Assembly: GCA_965202625.1 (NCBI GenBank)
Contig: CBDBBI010000010.1
Location: forward strand, 992,001-1,056,000
Length of the DNA: 64,000 nucleotides
Direction: 5' to 3'
Source: a bacterium
GTDB taxonomy: Bacteria; UBA8248
Shown: positions 20,117-30,774 of the stretch, piece after piece
Layout of the letters: each line of letters begins with the position of its first letter
How positions within the stretch are numbered: the stretch's first letter is position 1
Translations under genes and position numbers: made by a program
The notes under the pieces: generated by a model
Seen by the model: only the letters and a program-made list of their open reading frames with translations
Databases searched by the model: none
What the model was told of the DNA's origin: nothing

Positions 20117-22840
20117 TTATCCTTGAGAATTCCCCGATACAATCACCAAGCATTCCGCGCCCGGCTTCATGAAGCGACGTGCGGCTTCTCTGACCGCATT
20201 CCCGTCCACTCGCTCGATTTGCGCGATTGATTCTTCAAGCGTCTCCCATCCCAAGTCGTAGGAGAACCCGAACGCCAAGTCGGACGCTCGCGCCAAGGCG
20301 CGTTGATGACTGCGGGACAATCCGCCAATGAGATACGACTTGGCGCGGCGCAATTGCCCATTATCAAGACCGCCTCGGCTCAGGCGGGTAATTTCCTGGC
20401 GCATCAAGTCGACGGCCAATTTTTCTTTCCCTGGAAGCGTGGCCGCATAAATCGAGAACATCCCCGGGTCGAGAGACTCATCGGAGGAAACACCCACGTC
20501 GTAAGCAAGCCCGCGCTTCTCTCGCAACTCCCAGAAGAGTCCTCCTCCCTGGCTTCCCAAAGCCGCAGCGATGACGGAAAGCGCGTGTCTTGCATGTTCA
20601 CGAAAAGTCGCGCCCAAAAACGACATGTGCACGTGGCTTTGCGACGCCCCCTCGATCGCGTATGAGCGAAAGCGCCCCCTTACAGGATTTATGGGTGGGG
20701 GCGGATCCAGAAATACCGTTTCTCGAGGCGCCTTCCCCGCCCAAGGCGCCAGCATTCGAGGGAGATGCTCCTCCAGGTACGAGGCGTCAAAATTTCCAGC
20801 GACCCCGATGACCAACCTCTCAGGAGATGCTCTTCTGTGCCATTCGCGCTTCAAAACGCTCGGACCGAAAGCGGCCATCGTTCGGGGAGTCCCGAGTGGG
20901 TGACGCCCTAGTGGATGTTTGCCATACAAAAGCTGATGTCCCTTGAATCGGCAGTATTGCCCCAAGTCATCCCGTGCGCTGTTGCGCTCCGCATTCATCT
21001 CCGCTCTGACGAGTTCAACGTCCTTCTCATCGAAAGCACTCTCGGACACGATTTGCGCGAATTTCTCCATGATCTCGGGCAACACCGCGCTGAGTCCAGA
21101 AACGGTCAGTCCAAAGGTATTCCTACCCGAGAACCCACCGAGGCTGGCACCCAAACCCTCCACCTCTCTCGCGTGCAGGGACGATGGGAAGCCTCTGGTC
21201 GCCATAGGCAACACCGCCATCATCAAAGCGTGCAGTCCAGACTGGTGCGCGGATTCATTTCTCTGCCCCCCCAGAAACACAGCGCGCAAAGAGAAAACAA
21301 GCGGCCCGCCTCCAGGCAGCATGACCAGTCGCCCACCGCCCGGAAGCTCCGTCCGCATCGGTTCGCCCTTCGTTTTCGGGCGCCTTGCATTAACGAAAAA
21401 ACCTCTCGCTCCCGAAATGACGCGAGAGCGAGCAGACGCCGCTGATTTTTCCGCCACGCTGCGATTTTGGCCCGCGTCGGCACCCGTTCCTTCAACACCA
21501 TTTTTGAATCCGTTCAATATGGCTTTTCGAATTCTTCGCGCGCCGATTCCAGCCCCTTCTCCTTTGGGGAAGAACACGCCCACGGTCATTCGAGATGGAA
21601 CCAGATAACGCCTCGCCACCTCCGAGACATCACGCAGCCCTACCGACATCACCATCTTCACGTGCTTCAAACAATAGCTGGCATCCCCAGCGATCAATTC
21701 AGAATAACCGACCATGCGGGCGCGCTCGGCCATTTCCTCGCGCTGAAACTCCATGCCCGCCAGATAATTCATACGCACTTTCTCCAGCTCATCCGAAGTC
21801 AACGGCGCATCCTCGACGACTTCTCGCGCCACACGAAGGATTCGCTCAGCGGCCTTCTCAGTGTTTTCTGGCGCGACGTATCCGCCTAGGAAGAAGAGTC
21901 CCGGTCCGCCGAAGAAACAGGGGTCAGCGAAGACGTCAAACATCAGCGGCGTGTTCATGCACAGATTCGCATACAGACGAGAACTTTCGCCCGCCCCGAG
22001 AACCATGCCGAGCACCTCCAGCGCGGGGGCGTCCGGATGGGTGAGCGGAGGAATTTCAAACGCGATGTCCAAGTGTGCCGTTCCGGAGCGTCCGCGCTTC
22101 ACGATGACGCGCGGCCCCGCCTTCAAAGGCACCGGAGCAGGAACTTTCCTCATCTTTCGGGGTTGGGGTCTAGGCCATTTGACGTGCAAATTTTCTTGTT
22201 TTTTTCTCAAAATCGACTTGATTTTGGAAACGTTCATGACCCCGGCGAACACCAGGACGGCCGACGAAGGCTTATAGAATCTCTCGTGATAGTTTCTTAA
22301 CTCTCGCGCCCCTATACTCTTCACCGTTTGCCGCGTGCCTAAAATGGCGCGCCCATAAGGGTGCCTATGGCCGTACGCCTCACGATAGAGGTAATGTTGA
22401 AGGCGTTGGTCCGGCCGCTCATACGCGCGATTCAACTCAGAGAAAATGACCCCTCTCTCCTGGCGTACTTCGCTTTCGTCAAATCGTGGCCACCAGAGCG
22501 CGTCGAGGAACACCTCCAGACACGCTTCAAATTTATTCGGCATCGATATCAGGTCGTAATACGTGGATTCGCTCGTCGTGTAAGCATTGATGTCTCCGCC
22601 GGAAGACTCCGCCATCGAAGCGAGCTCCCCTACCTCCAGATTTCGCGAACCCTTGAATATCATGTGCTCAAGGAAATGGGAGATGCCTTCGAAAGGGGCC
22701 GTTTCAGTGAGGCTGCCAACGGGAAACCACGCCTGCACGCTCACGGCGGGAGCCGCGGAATCCGGCAGAAAAATGCAGGTGGGGCCTCCCCTCATTTGCG
22801 AAACGAGAGGCTTTATATCTTCTACGAATCGCTCCGCCAT
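20117..22840 (-). CDS. M16 (pitrilysin) family zinc peptidase, fused two-module form
   Basis: GISHFLEHMIFKG inverted zinc motif, INAYT, ERGVIFSE; second module with ELREKRGLAY. Confidence 0.92.
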   Translation of the reverse strand: MAERFVEDIKPLVSQMRGGPTCIFLPDSAAPAVSVQAWFPVGSLTETAPFEGISHFLEHMIFKGSRNLEVGELASMAESSGGDINAYTTSESTYYDLISMPNKFEACLEVFLDALWWPRFDESEVRQERGVIFSELNRAYERPDQRLQHYLYREAYGHRHPYGRAILGTRQTVKSIGARELRNYHERFYKPSSAVLVFAGVMNVSKIKSILRKKQENLHVKWPRPQPRKMRKVPAPVPLKAGPRVIVKRGRSGTAHLDIAFEIPPLTHPDAPALEVLGMVLGAGESSRLYANLCMNTPLMFDVFADPCFFGGPGLFFLGGYVAPENTEKAAERILRVAREVVEDAPLTSDELEKVRMNYLAGMEFQREEMAERARMVGYSELIAGDASYCLKHVKMVMSVGLRDVSEVARRYLVPSRMTVGVFFPKGEGAGIGARRIRKAILNGFKNGVEGTGADAGQNRSVAEKSAASARSRVISGARGFFVNARRPKTKGEPMRTELPGGGRLVMLPGGGPLVFSLRAVFLGGQRNESAHQSGLHALMMAVLPMATRGFPSSLHAREVEGLGASLGGFSGRNTFGLTVSGLSAVLPEIMEKFAQIVSESAFDEKDVELVRAEMNAERNSARDDLGQYCRFKGHQLLYGKHPLGRHPLGTPRTMAAFGPSVLKREWHRRASPERLVIGVAGNFDASYLEEHLPRMLAPWAGKAPRETVFLDPPPPINPVRGRFRSYAIEGASQSHVHMSFLGATFREHARHALSVIAAALGSQGGGLFWELREKRGLAYDVGVSSDESLDPGMFSIYAATLPGKEKLAVDLMRQEITRLSRGGLDNGQLRRAKSYLIGGLSRSHQRALARASDLAFGFSYDLGWETLEESIAQIERVDGNAVREAARRFMKPGAECLVIVSGNSQG

Positions 22841-22938
22841 ATCGCCTTAAATTTTTCGAATCCGTATCTCGTCTGAGACGGACTCGTTAGTCTGTAGAAA
22901 TCCTCTCGAGCCGCCCGAACCCAAAGGCAAGGAATCCC

Positions 22939-22966
22939 TTGACTTCCAAGGAGTGGAGGGTATCAT
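22939..22966 (+). promoter_or_regulatory. Putative sigma70 promoter of ferredoxin/UxaA operon
   Basis: TTGACT-N16-TATCAT upstream of 23078. Confidence 0.4.
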
Positions 22967-23077
22967 CTCGCTTTCTCCAGGTCATTCGGAGAATGACGTC
23001 AAAGTGCTATTTTCGCCTCACAGAGAAAATCCCATCAGAGACGACCAATGACCCGTTATGTAAAAAGAGGATAATCC

Positions 23078-23416
23078 GTGGAACACATCAAAAGACACGT
23101 TTTCGTATGCATCAATCAACGTCCACCGAATCATCCGATGGGCTGTTGTCAGAGCAAGGGCAGCATTGAAGTCGCGCAAGCCATCACAGAATCAATTGGC
23201 TCAAGCGACCTCGCTTCGGATACGGCCATGGCGGGTGCCACCTGCCTGGGTCCATGCACGATGGGTCCCACGCTGGTCGTATATCCCGAGGGCGTCTGGT
23301 ACACGGGCGTCAAAGTGGAAGATGTCCCCGAACTCGTTGAGGAGCACCTAAAAAACGGACGCCCCCTCGAAAGGCTACGCCTCAGACTACCCGGAAACGT
23401 CGAAACCGACGACTAG
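23078..23416 (+). CDS. Thioredoxin-like [2Fe-2S] ferredoxin
   Basis: HVFVC..CC..CLGPCTMGPTLVVYPEGVWY..EHLKNGRP. Confidence 0.9.
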   Translation: MEHIKRHVFVCINQRPPNHPMGCCQSKGSIEVAQAITESIGSSDLASDTAMAGATCLGPCTMGPTLVVYPEGVWYTGVKVEDVPELVEEHLKNGRPLERLRLRLPGNVETDD

Positions 23417-23437
23417 AATGAACACGGAGGCCGCTTG

Positions 23438-23710
23438 ATGAGCCGAGCGCTGGTGATGGACTCAAAGGACAATGTGGCCACCGTGCTTGAGGACATCGCT
23501 CCTGAGCAAGACGTAGAAATTGAGGGTGGTGAGAAAACATGGACGATCCGCGCTACGGAAACGATTCCTTTTGGCCATAAAATCGCGCTGCGAAAGATAT
23601 CCGCAAACGCGAAAGTGCTCAAATACGGCGAAGTCATCGGCGCCGCCACACAAAGCATATCCCCTGGCAGGCACGTCCACGTCCATAACATGAAGAGCAC
23701 CCGAGGCTAA
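23438..23710 (+). CDS. UxaA-family dehydratase small (SAF-domain) subunit
   Basis: DNVAT, IPFGHKIAL, KYGEVIG, HVHVHN. Confidence 0.88.
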   Translation: MSRALVMDSKDNVATVLEDIAPEQDVEIEGGEKTWTIRATETIPFGHKIALRKISANAKVLKYGEVIGAATQSISPGRHVHVHNMKSTRG

Positions 23711-23714
23711 GCAC

Positions 23715-24893
23715 ATGCCCAGGAAAAGGGGCGCTCCCACCTTTTGGGGCTACAGAAGGCCGCAGGGACCTCCGGGAGGCCGGAATCACCTGGCCATCGT
23801 CAGCGCCATGGACAATTCAAACCCCATCGTTCGCAGAATTGGCGCACTAGTGCGAGACACCACGTCTGTTAACACGTCATTCGGACGCGCACTTATGGGC
23901 GAGGACGCGGAACAGCATTGGCGGGTGATGGGGCATACCGCCGCCCACCCGAACGTAGGCGCCGCCATCATCGTCAGCCTCGAGCCCAAGAGTGCGGACG
24001 CCATCGCGGAAGTCGCTGCGAGAACCTCGCCCTGGATGCCCTTAGAGTCCGTGAACATCCAGCAAACCGGAGGCACACTCACCACAACTGCCCATATCAT
24101 CGAAATCGCCAAGAAACTCTTAGCCCACCTCGCGTCCGCCAGGCGCGTTCGCTGCGAGTTGAACGAGCTCACCATCGGCGCAGAATGCGGGGGGTCGGAC
24201 ACGACGAGCGGCGTCGTCTCAAACCCCGTGACGGGAATGGTCGCCGACAGGGTGGTGAGAGCGGGCGGGTCGGTTATCTTCTCCGAGACGCTGGAAATTG
24301 TGGGGGCCGAGCATTTACTCGCCCGCCGGGCCGCGGACAGAAAAACCGCCCGGAGAATTATCACTTCCGCGAAACGCGCCGTCGACTACGCCGCAAACAT
24401 CGGCGTAGATTTCATCGGTTCGAACCCGGCCCCGGACAACATCAGGGGTGGGCTTTCGTCCATTGAGGAAAAAAGTCTGGGCGCCATCAAGAAAGCGGGA
24501 GAGCATCCCATCGTCGAGGTCGTCGGCGTAGGCGAACGTCCCTCGAAAAAAGGCGTCATCTTCGCCGATGCCCCTTGCGCCGGCGTGGAGAACATCTCCT
24601 CGCTTGCAGCCAGCGGCGCGCAGGCGATTATTTTCTCGACAGGAATCGGAAATCCCATCGGACATCCTGTCTCTCCCACCATCAAAGTGACTGGGAATCC
24701 TCGGACCGCCCGGGCGATGGCCGAGAACATTGACGTGGACATCAGCGGCGTCATGGAGGGAAAGATGCGCATTGACGAGGCGAGGGATTTGCTCGAGAAA
24801 GAACTCATTGACGTGATGAGCGGAAAACTCACCACATCGGAGATTCTGGGCGAGACGGAACTCACGGTCAGCCGGGCCGCGCTCAGCCTCTGA
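23715..24893 (+). CDS. UxaA/GarD/SuyB-family dehydratase or lyase large subunit
   Basis: GYRRP..GGRNH, ECGGSD, NPAPDNIRGGLSSIEEKSLG, FSTGIG. Confidence 0.88.
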   Translation: MPRKRGAPTFWGYRRPQGPPGGRNHLAIVSAMDNSNPIVRRIGALVRDTTSVNTSFGRALMGEDAEQHWRVMGHTAAHPNVGAAIIVSLEPKSADAIAEVAARTSPWMPLESVNIQQTGGTLTTTAHIIEIAKKLLAHLASARRVRCELNELTIGAECGGSDTTSGVVSNPVTGMVADRVVRAGGSVIFSETLEIVGAEHLLARRAADRKTARRIITSAKRAVDYAANIGVDFIGSNPAPDNIRGGLSSIEEKSLGAIKKAGEHPIVEVVGVGERPSKKGVIFADAPCAGVENISSLAASGAQAIIFSTGIGNPIGHPVSPTIKVTGNPRTARAMAENIDVDISGVMEGKMRIDEARDLLEKELIDVMSGKLTTSEILGETELTVSRAALSL

Positions 24894-24941
24894 AGCCGCT
24901 ACTCGCCTTCCAACCCCTACAAGTCGACGAACACTTTCGTC

Positions 24942-25454
24942 CTAAAAACCCATTCCCACGATGAGTCGATTCCAGGTGTTAATAAGCGCAACGGTGCCAA
25001 ATAGTTCCACTATCTGCGTTTCTGAGAAGTGCGCCCTCAGCGACTCAAAAGTCTCATCCGAGACGCTCACGCCCTTCGTACTCTCCTCGCAAAGGCGCAA
25101 CGCCGCTTTTTCCCTCTCATCAAAGAGGTCGCTCAAGGAACCCTCTTGTGCCGCCTTCGTCTTCTCGTCCCCCACCTTGCGCATCCGCGCCATGTTGGAA
25201 TGCATGTTCACACAAAAATGACATCCATTGAGCACCGACGCGCGAATGTTCAGCACCTCCTTGAAGCCGACGTCGATCTCTCCCGGGCCATCCGCCACCG
25301 TGGTCAAGCTCAGCAGCGAGCGCAAAAAGGCCGGCTTATGGGCCAAAGCTTTCACCGGAGGAATCACAACGCCGAATTGTTTTTGCAAATTCTCCATGAT
25401 GCGCTTCGCCGACGCTTCCGCCTGCTCCGGCTCCAACAAGGAAATACGCGCCAT
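24942..25454 (-). CDS. Carboxymuconolactone decarboxylase/AhpD-family protein
   Basis: KEVLNIRASVLNGCHFCVNMH, EREKAAL, HFSETQIVEL; ATG at 25454 after AAGGAGG. Confidence 0.85.
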   Translation of the reverse strand: MARISLLEPEQAEASAKRIMENLQKQFGVVIPPVKALAHKPAFLRSLLSLTTVADGPGEIDVGFKEVLNIRASVLNGCHFCVNMHSNMARMRKVGDEKTKAAQEGSLSDLFDEREKAALRLCEESTKGVSVSDETFESLRAHFSETQIVELFGTVALINTWNRLIVGMGF

Positions 25455-25696
25455 TTCATCCTCCTTATATTGATTTTCGTATGAATATACGCCTGCGCAT
25501 GAGAGACATTCCATTTTTCTCACACTGATATTTACGCCACCTTGACATCCCCATCAATGAACGCCCCAAAACCATTCAACGATGAGCGCAAATGAGCAGG
25601 AAGCGTAAAATATCCTCTTCTGCTAGATTACCACACCTTGTACTCTCCGCTTACCCAGGCGTGCGCCTTAAAACGCAAGAAGGATGAAAACTGCCT

Positions 25697-26524
25697 ATGA
25701 ACAAGCGAATTTCCCTGTGGCAAGCCGCTTCTCTCATCAAGGATGGAGACACCATCAGCCCTGGCGGCACCCTTCTGCACAGAACGCCCTCCGCCCTCGT
25801 GCGCGAAATCGCGCGCTCACGTATCCGGGGGCTGACGCTCATCAAACCCTCTCCTGGCTACGACGCCGACCTTCTTTGCGCGGCGGGGGCTGTGAGCAGG
25901 GTGGTCAGCGGCATCGTCACGTTTGAAGCGGAATTCGGGTCGGCGCCCCATTATCGAAAGGCGATCGAAAAGGGATTGGCCGGCCTTACCGAACACGCCT
26001 GAGCTAGTGTTCTCGCCGGGCTGCGGGCCGCAGCCTACGGCATCCCCTTTCAGCCCATCCGTGGGTTCAAGGGGAGCGATATACCGGAGCAAAGCGGCAT
26101 CTTTACGATCGAAGATCCATACACGAAAGAGGAGCTCTACGCGATTCCCGCCATGAAGCCGGACTGGGCGTTAATTCACGCCCCAAAATCAGACGCGCAG
26201 GGAAACGCCCAAATTCTGGGCAACCAGCATTTCGACGTCGAAATGACGCGCGCGGCGCAAAAGGGGGTGATCCTCACGGTCGAGAAAATCGTAGCCCCGG
26301 AAGAAATTGCATCCGAGCCCGAGCGAACAGCCATTCCAGGTTTCCTCGTAAAGGGGGTTGTAGAAACGCCAGGCGGTGCCTCGCCTTGCAGCTGCCATCC
26401 GTCCTATGGGGTCGACAAAGATGAAATGGACCGCTACATAGCCCTGACCCAAAAAGAGGGGGGACTCGAGGAGTATCTTGCGAGCACGGATAAAACGGGC
26501 GCGCAAGATGGGACGACGAAATGA
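25697..26524 (+). CDS. CoA-transferase-fold subunit A (GctA/IpdA-like); candidate selenoprotein with in-frame TGA at 26000-26002
   Basis: ORFs 25697-26002 and 26153-26524 share a frame. Read-through gives ...LTEHA*ASVLAGLRAAAYGIPFQPIRGFKGSD...IEDPYT...PAMKPDWALIHA..DAQGN, a continuous 275-aa family member. Confidence 0.8.
26015..26041 (+). promoter_or_regulatory. Bacterial SECIS-like hairpin
   Basis: GCCG-GGCTGCG[GGC]CGCAGCC-TA-CGGC: 11 bp with a 2-nt bulge; starts 12 nt after the TGA; G-rich apical loop about 23 nt from the TGA. Confidence 0.55.
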
Positions 26525-27279
26525 CGAAGGGTAATCGCGTCACATCGCTGCCCGAACACGTAATTCGCGCTGGCAACCAAATGGCCGTCTCGCTCTCGCG
26601 CCTCATTGAGGACGGGAAAAAAGTCTTCCACGGAGTCAACTCGCCACTTCCGATGGTCGCGATTTTTTTGGCCCAAAAACGACACGCCCCCCACTGCGTG
26701 CTCATTGAAGTTGCCGGCTCCGTGGACCCGAAACCACGCTTTATGCCAAAAAGCACAGCCGATCCCGAACTATGCTACGGCGCGGCCTCCCTGTTCTACA
26801 ACCCAGACACTTACGATCTTTTCGCGCGCGGCGGAATAGACCTCGCCTTTCTGGGCGCTGCCCAGCTCGACAAGCAAGGACGCGCCAACATGAGCTACAT
26901 CGGCAACCCTATTCACCCGAAAGTCCGTTTTCCTGGCGGGGGAGGAGGCGCCGTCATCATGCCCCAAGTAAAGCGAACCGTCATTTGGCGAACGACACAC
27001 GATAAGCGATTTTTCGTGCCGAGGGTGGACTTTTCAACCCAATCCGGAAACCTCAGCCACGTGATAACGCCCATCGCCGCACTTGAAAGAAAACCAACAG
27101 GGCTTGAAATCTCTAGCGTTCACGCTGGTCACTCAATGGATGAAGTGATCGAGAAGACCGGGTTTGGCTTGCAACGTCCAAGAATTGTTGCGCAAACCGC
27201 CCCGCCGAGTGCCGAGGAGCTGGAGGCTTTGGGTGAACTCGACCCGGACGGCGTGCGTTTTTCAGAGTTCCGCATATAA
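26521..27279 (+). CDS. CoA-transferase-fold subunit B
   Basis: FLGAAQLDKQGRANMSYIG, VRFPGGGG, HDKRFFVPRVDF; ATGA overlap with subunit A. Confidence 0.88.
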   Translation: MTKGNRVTSLPEHVIRAGNQMAVSLSRLIEDGKKVFHGVNSPLPMVAIFLAQKRHAPHCVLIEVAGSVDPKPRFMPKSTADPELCYGAASLFYNPDTYDLFARGGIDLAFLGAAQLDKQGRANMSYIGNPIHPKVRFPGGGGGAVIMPQVKRTVIWRTTHDKRFFVPRVDFSTQSGNLSHVITPIAALERKPTGLEISSVHAGHSMDEVIEKTGFGLQRPRIVAQTAPPSAEELEALGELDPDGVRFSEFRI

Positions 27280-27367
27280 GTTTCGTAAACTACGGAAAAT
27301 GGGGAGTCGCTTCATTCCCCACCTCCCTCTGGGGGCCTTGCAGAGTGGCGGATTCAGGAGGATTCAC

Positions 27368-28009
27368 ATGGACAATGCATTGGTGCATCATCTGAGGAAC
27401 TACTCGACCTGTCAGGCGGCGGACGCCTTCGACAAATTAAACATCAAAGGCCATATGCCCGACATTGTCCTGCTCTCCCCAGACCCTGATTACAGAATGG
27501 CGGGAGAAGCGCATACCGTTCAGATGATTCCCGCCGGTGGCGGGAATCTGTCCAAACGAGAGACCCACCACATCGACGCGGCACCTGAGGGGAGCATCGT
27601 CGTCATCAGCGTCCCCTTCGGGGTGACGACGGCCAACTGGGGCGGCATGATGAGCACGCGGGCGAAGGCGATGAGACTGGGCGGGGTCGTCCTTGACGGC
27701 CGGGCTAGGGACATCGAAGAACACCGCCGGATGGGATTCCCCGTGTTCTCCAAGGGCATATCGGTTCATGGCAGCGGAGGATACACGGTCCCCAGCGGCG
27801 TGGGGCTCCCGATCAACTGCGGGGGCGTTGCGGTGAGGCAGAGGGACATCATCTTGGGAGACGTCAACGGCGTGGTCGTGGTTCCAAGGGAGAGGCTCAA
27901 GGAGATCATCGAGAAAATGGATGAATTGGCAAGAATTGAAGAAAAAATCATCCACGAGCTGGAAAGCGGCGCGCCCATCGGCGAAGCGTTCGAGAAGTAT
28001 CGAGGCTAG
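27368..28009 (+). CDS. RraA/HMG-CHA aldolase family protein
   Basis: ADAFD, MAGEAHTV, WGGMM, DGRARD, GDVNGVVVVP; AGGAGG RBS. Confidence 0.85.
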   Translation: MDNALVHHLRNYSTCQAADAFDKLNIKGHMPDIVLLSPDPDYRMAGEAHTVQMIPAGGGNLSKRETHHIDAAPEGSIVVISVPFGVTTANWGGMMSTRAKAMRLGGVVLDGRARDIEEHRRMGFPVFSKGISVHGSGGYTVPSGVGLPINCGGVAVRQRDIILGDVNGVVVVPRERLKEIIEKMDELARIEEKIIHELESGAPIGEAFEKYRG

Positions 28010-28128
28010 GACATGGGTTCAGACTTTCGCAGGACAAGGGCTTGACGATATGTCGGCTCCACTCCTCCTATGGCTGGCGCGCCCATCCAAAATGCGTCAA
28101 GAGTCAAGATAAACGCGAGGGGAACGAC

Positions 28129-30201
28129 TCAATTCCTCTCGAGCGCCCTTTTGATCGCCTGCGTCTCCGAGAGCGGCTCCTTGCAGATAAAATTCTCACA
28201 TACATACACGGCGGCTCGTCCATTCACCATTGCTTTTCCACGAAGCAGGGGCACTGCGGCGTCCGCCTCTGCACCAGATAATTCTGACTTGAGGGCCAAA
28301 ACCTTGTTCGGCGCGAAAGTGGAATCAACTGCTCTCAGAGCGGCGCGCGTGTCCTCGGAATCTCTCTCACCAACAATCGCCACCTCCATCGGGGTGTCGA
28401 GATGAAAGTCCAACGCGGCCAGCATCATGTGAAAGGCGGCCGGCGCGCGGGCGAGATACTCACCGAAGGCGCGCAAAACCCCCTCGCCGCGCACGGCGAA
28501 CTCCGCCCGCCCCGAGAGCCTAGCCAATTTCAGCAAACCTAGCGCCGCCATGGAATTTCCGCTCGGTATGGCACCATCCTGCGTCATCTTCCTCCTGACG
28601 ATGAGTCGTTCATGATCGTGGGCGGTAAAGAAAAATGCGCCCTCCTCATCATCCCCGTATCGCGCTATCATCTCCTCAGCCAAGTCCGAGGCCGCGCGGA
28701 TCCACCTGGGCTGAAAGCTCGCCTCATATAAATCCACCAAGCCCACGAGCAGAAAAGCGTAATCATCTAGATAGGCGTTCAACTTACTCACTCCTTCCCG
28801 ATGGCTCCTCAGCAGTCCCCGCCCATCGCGCATGTTGCCCAAAATAAAATCCGCCGCCTCGGTCGCCGCTTCAAGGTAGGGGGAGTGTTCCAGAATCCTG
28901 CCCGCCAAGGCCATTGAGCCCACCATGAGTCCGTTCCAGCTCGTGAGAATTTTATCATCAAGACCAGGCTTCACGCGCCGCTCTCGTTCGGCAAAGAGTC
29001 TTGTGCGTCCCCTTTGCAAGATAGCGAGAAGTTTATCTTCCTCCATTCCCTCTTTCTCGGCGAAAACGCGAGGTGGGTCTTGGATGAACAAAGGGGAGGT
29101 TTTTCCCTCAAAGTTCCCCTCCTCCGTCACGCCGTAAAATCGGCAGAACACGCTTCCCTCGCCCTCTCCAAGAATTTCCTCTATCTGTTCGGGACGCCAT
29201 ACGAAGTATTTCCCCTCCTCCCCCTCGCTGTCCGCATCCTGGGCGGAGTAAAACCCGCCCATCGGACTGGTCATCTCGCGCAAAACGTAATCCAGGGTAT
29301 CGGCCGCCACAGAGCGATAAAACGTGCTTCCCGTCGCCTGATACGCTTCAAGATACACTCTAGGCAAAAGCGCGTTGTCATAAAGCATTTTTTCAAAATG
29401 GGGAATGAGCCAGTAGTTATCCACGCTGTATCGATGGAATCCACCACCAAGCTGATCGCACATCCCACCGAGGGCCATCCTTTGAAGCGTCGTCTCAACA
29501 ATCTTCATCAATTCCTGAGATTCCGACTGCCTCCACCTTCTCAAAAGCAACATCAACGCCATTGAGGGCGGAAATTTCGGGGCGCGTCCGAAGCCGCCCC
29601 AGGAAGCGTCGAATCGTTCCTTCAACTCCTTGACAGCCTGATCTATCCACTCCGCCCTTAAGTCGCCCGTTACGGGCGCGACGTCTCCCATTTGACCCAA
29701 ATTTGCCGTTATCTTCTCCGCGCTGTCCCGCAAATCCTCTTGTCGCGTTCGATAGACCTCGGCCAGCCTCAGGAGCACGTTTTTGAACCCGGGTCTCCCC
29801 CATTTGTCATCCGGCGGAAAATATGTCCCACAGAAGAAAGGACTCAAATCCGGCAGCAAGAAAACGCTCATGGGCCAACCACCTTGGCCCGTCATCATCT
29901 GGACCGCCTCCATATATATCCCATCGATATCCGGCCGCTCCTCGCGGTCCACCTTGATGGAGACGAAATGGTCGTTCAAAATTTTGGCGATTTCCTCATT
30001 CTCGAAACTCTCATGCTCCATCACGTGACACCAATGGCAAGCCGAGTAGCCGACGGACAGAAAGATGGGCTTGTTCTCCTCTCTCGATTTGCGAAGCGCA
30101 TCCTTCCCCCAAGGGTGCCAATTCACCGGGTTATACTGATGCTGCAAAAGGTAGGGACTTGTCTCCTGCGCGAGACGATTTTTTGGACGGGGCTGACTCA
30201 T
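28129..30201 (-). CDS. YyaL/SPATA20-like thioredoxin-domain protein
   Basis: [56 protein letters not shown]. Confidence 0.93.
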   Translation of the reverse strand: MSQPRPKNRLAQETSPYLLQHQYNPVNWHPWGKDALRKSREENKPIFLSVGYSACHWCHVMEHESFENEEIAKILNDHFVSIKVDREERPDIDGIYMEAVQMMTGQGGWPMSVFLLPDLSPFFCGTYFPPDDKWGRPGFKNVLLRLAEVYRTRQEDLRDSAEKITANLGQMGDVAPVTGDLRAEWIDQAVKELKERFDASWGGFGRAPKFPPSMALMLLLRRWRQSESQELMKIVETTLQRMALGGMCDQLGGGFHRYSVDNYWLIPHFEKMLYDNALLPRVYLEAYQATGSTFYRSVAADTLDYVLREMTSPMGGFYSAQDADSEGEEGKYFVWRPEQIEEILGEGEGSVFCRFYGVTEEGNFEGKTSPLFIQDPPRVFAEKEGMEEDKLLAILQRGRTRLFAERERRVKPGLDDKILTSWNGLMVGSMALAGRILEHSPYLEAATEAADFILGNMRDGRGLLRSHREGVSKLNAYLDDYAFLLVGLVDLYEASFQPRWIRAASDLAEEMIARYGDDEEGAFFFTAHDHERLIVRRKMTQDGAIPSGNSMAALGLLKLARLSGRAEFAVRGEGVLRAFGEYLARAPAAFHMMLAALDFHLDTPMEVAIVGERDSEDTRAALRAVDSTFAPNKVLALKSELSGAEADAAVPLLRGKAMVNGRAAVYVCENFICKEPLSETQAIKRALERN

Positions 30202-30774
30202 GAATCCCTCATGCGAACAACCGAAAGAGCGGCAGCGGCAAAAAACGCCTAGTGACGGGGCGTGGAACAATGACGAGAAAACAATGCGGGCTAAGGAGCG
30301 AGTCGCGCGTGGGTCTCCACGCGCCCATATCCTCCAATGTGCTGTATGTCGTCACCCCAGTTCTCCACCCAAGTCGTGGACACTAGATGCAACCGAGGGC
30401 AATGCCTCGGGTTCTCCCCCGCGCAAAGTATCGCAGTAGGTGCCCTTCGAGCCTGCGCCCCAGAGGTTCCATGCGCGGATGAAATTCTCATCACGTCTCA
30501 TCTTCATCCAATCAATCAACACGTCCTCGCTCGTCAAAAAATTCCGAGTTTTCCGGATGTCACACTTGCCGGCGAATCCCTCTCCTCCATAGACGTAGGG
30601 GATATCTCTCGACGAGAGGAAGAATCCCACCCGTTATTTGCCATATTGTGAATTCCTCCTACTGCAGGGGATACCGGCGCGCATCCACCACGCCCACAAC
30701 GCTATGTTCGCCGAGAAAGTTCAAAAATTTCTCCGCATCATAGTTGTTGTGGCCTATCGTCCAGAGGGAATATT

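Noticed and set aside
26000-26002. Genome-wide TGA reassignment (genetic code 4 or 25)
   Set aside because: TGA acts as a normal stop for many genes here, including ATGA-coupled junctions, and Trp is encoded by TGG
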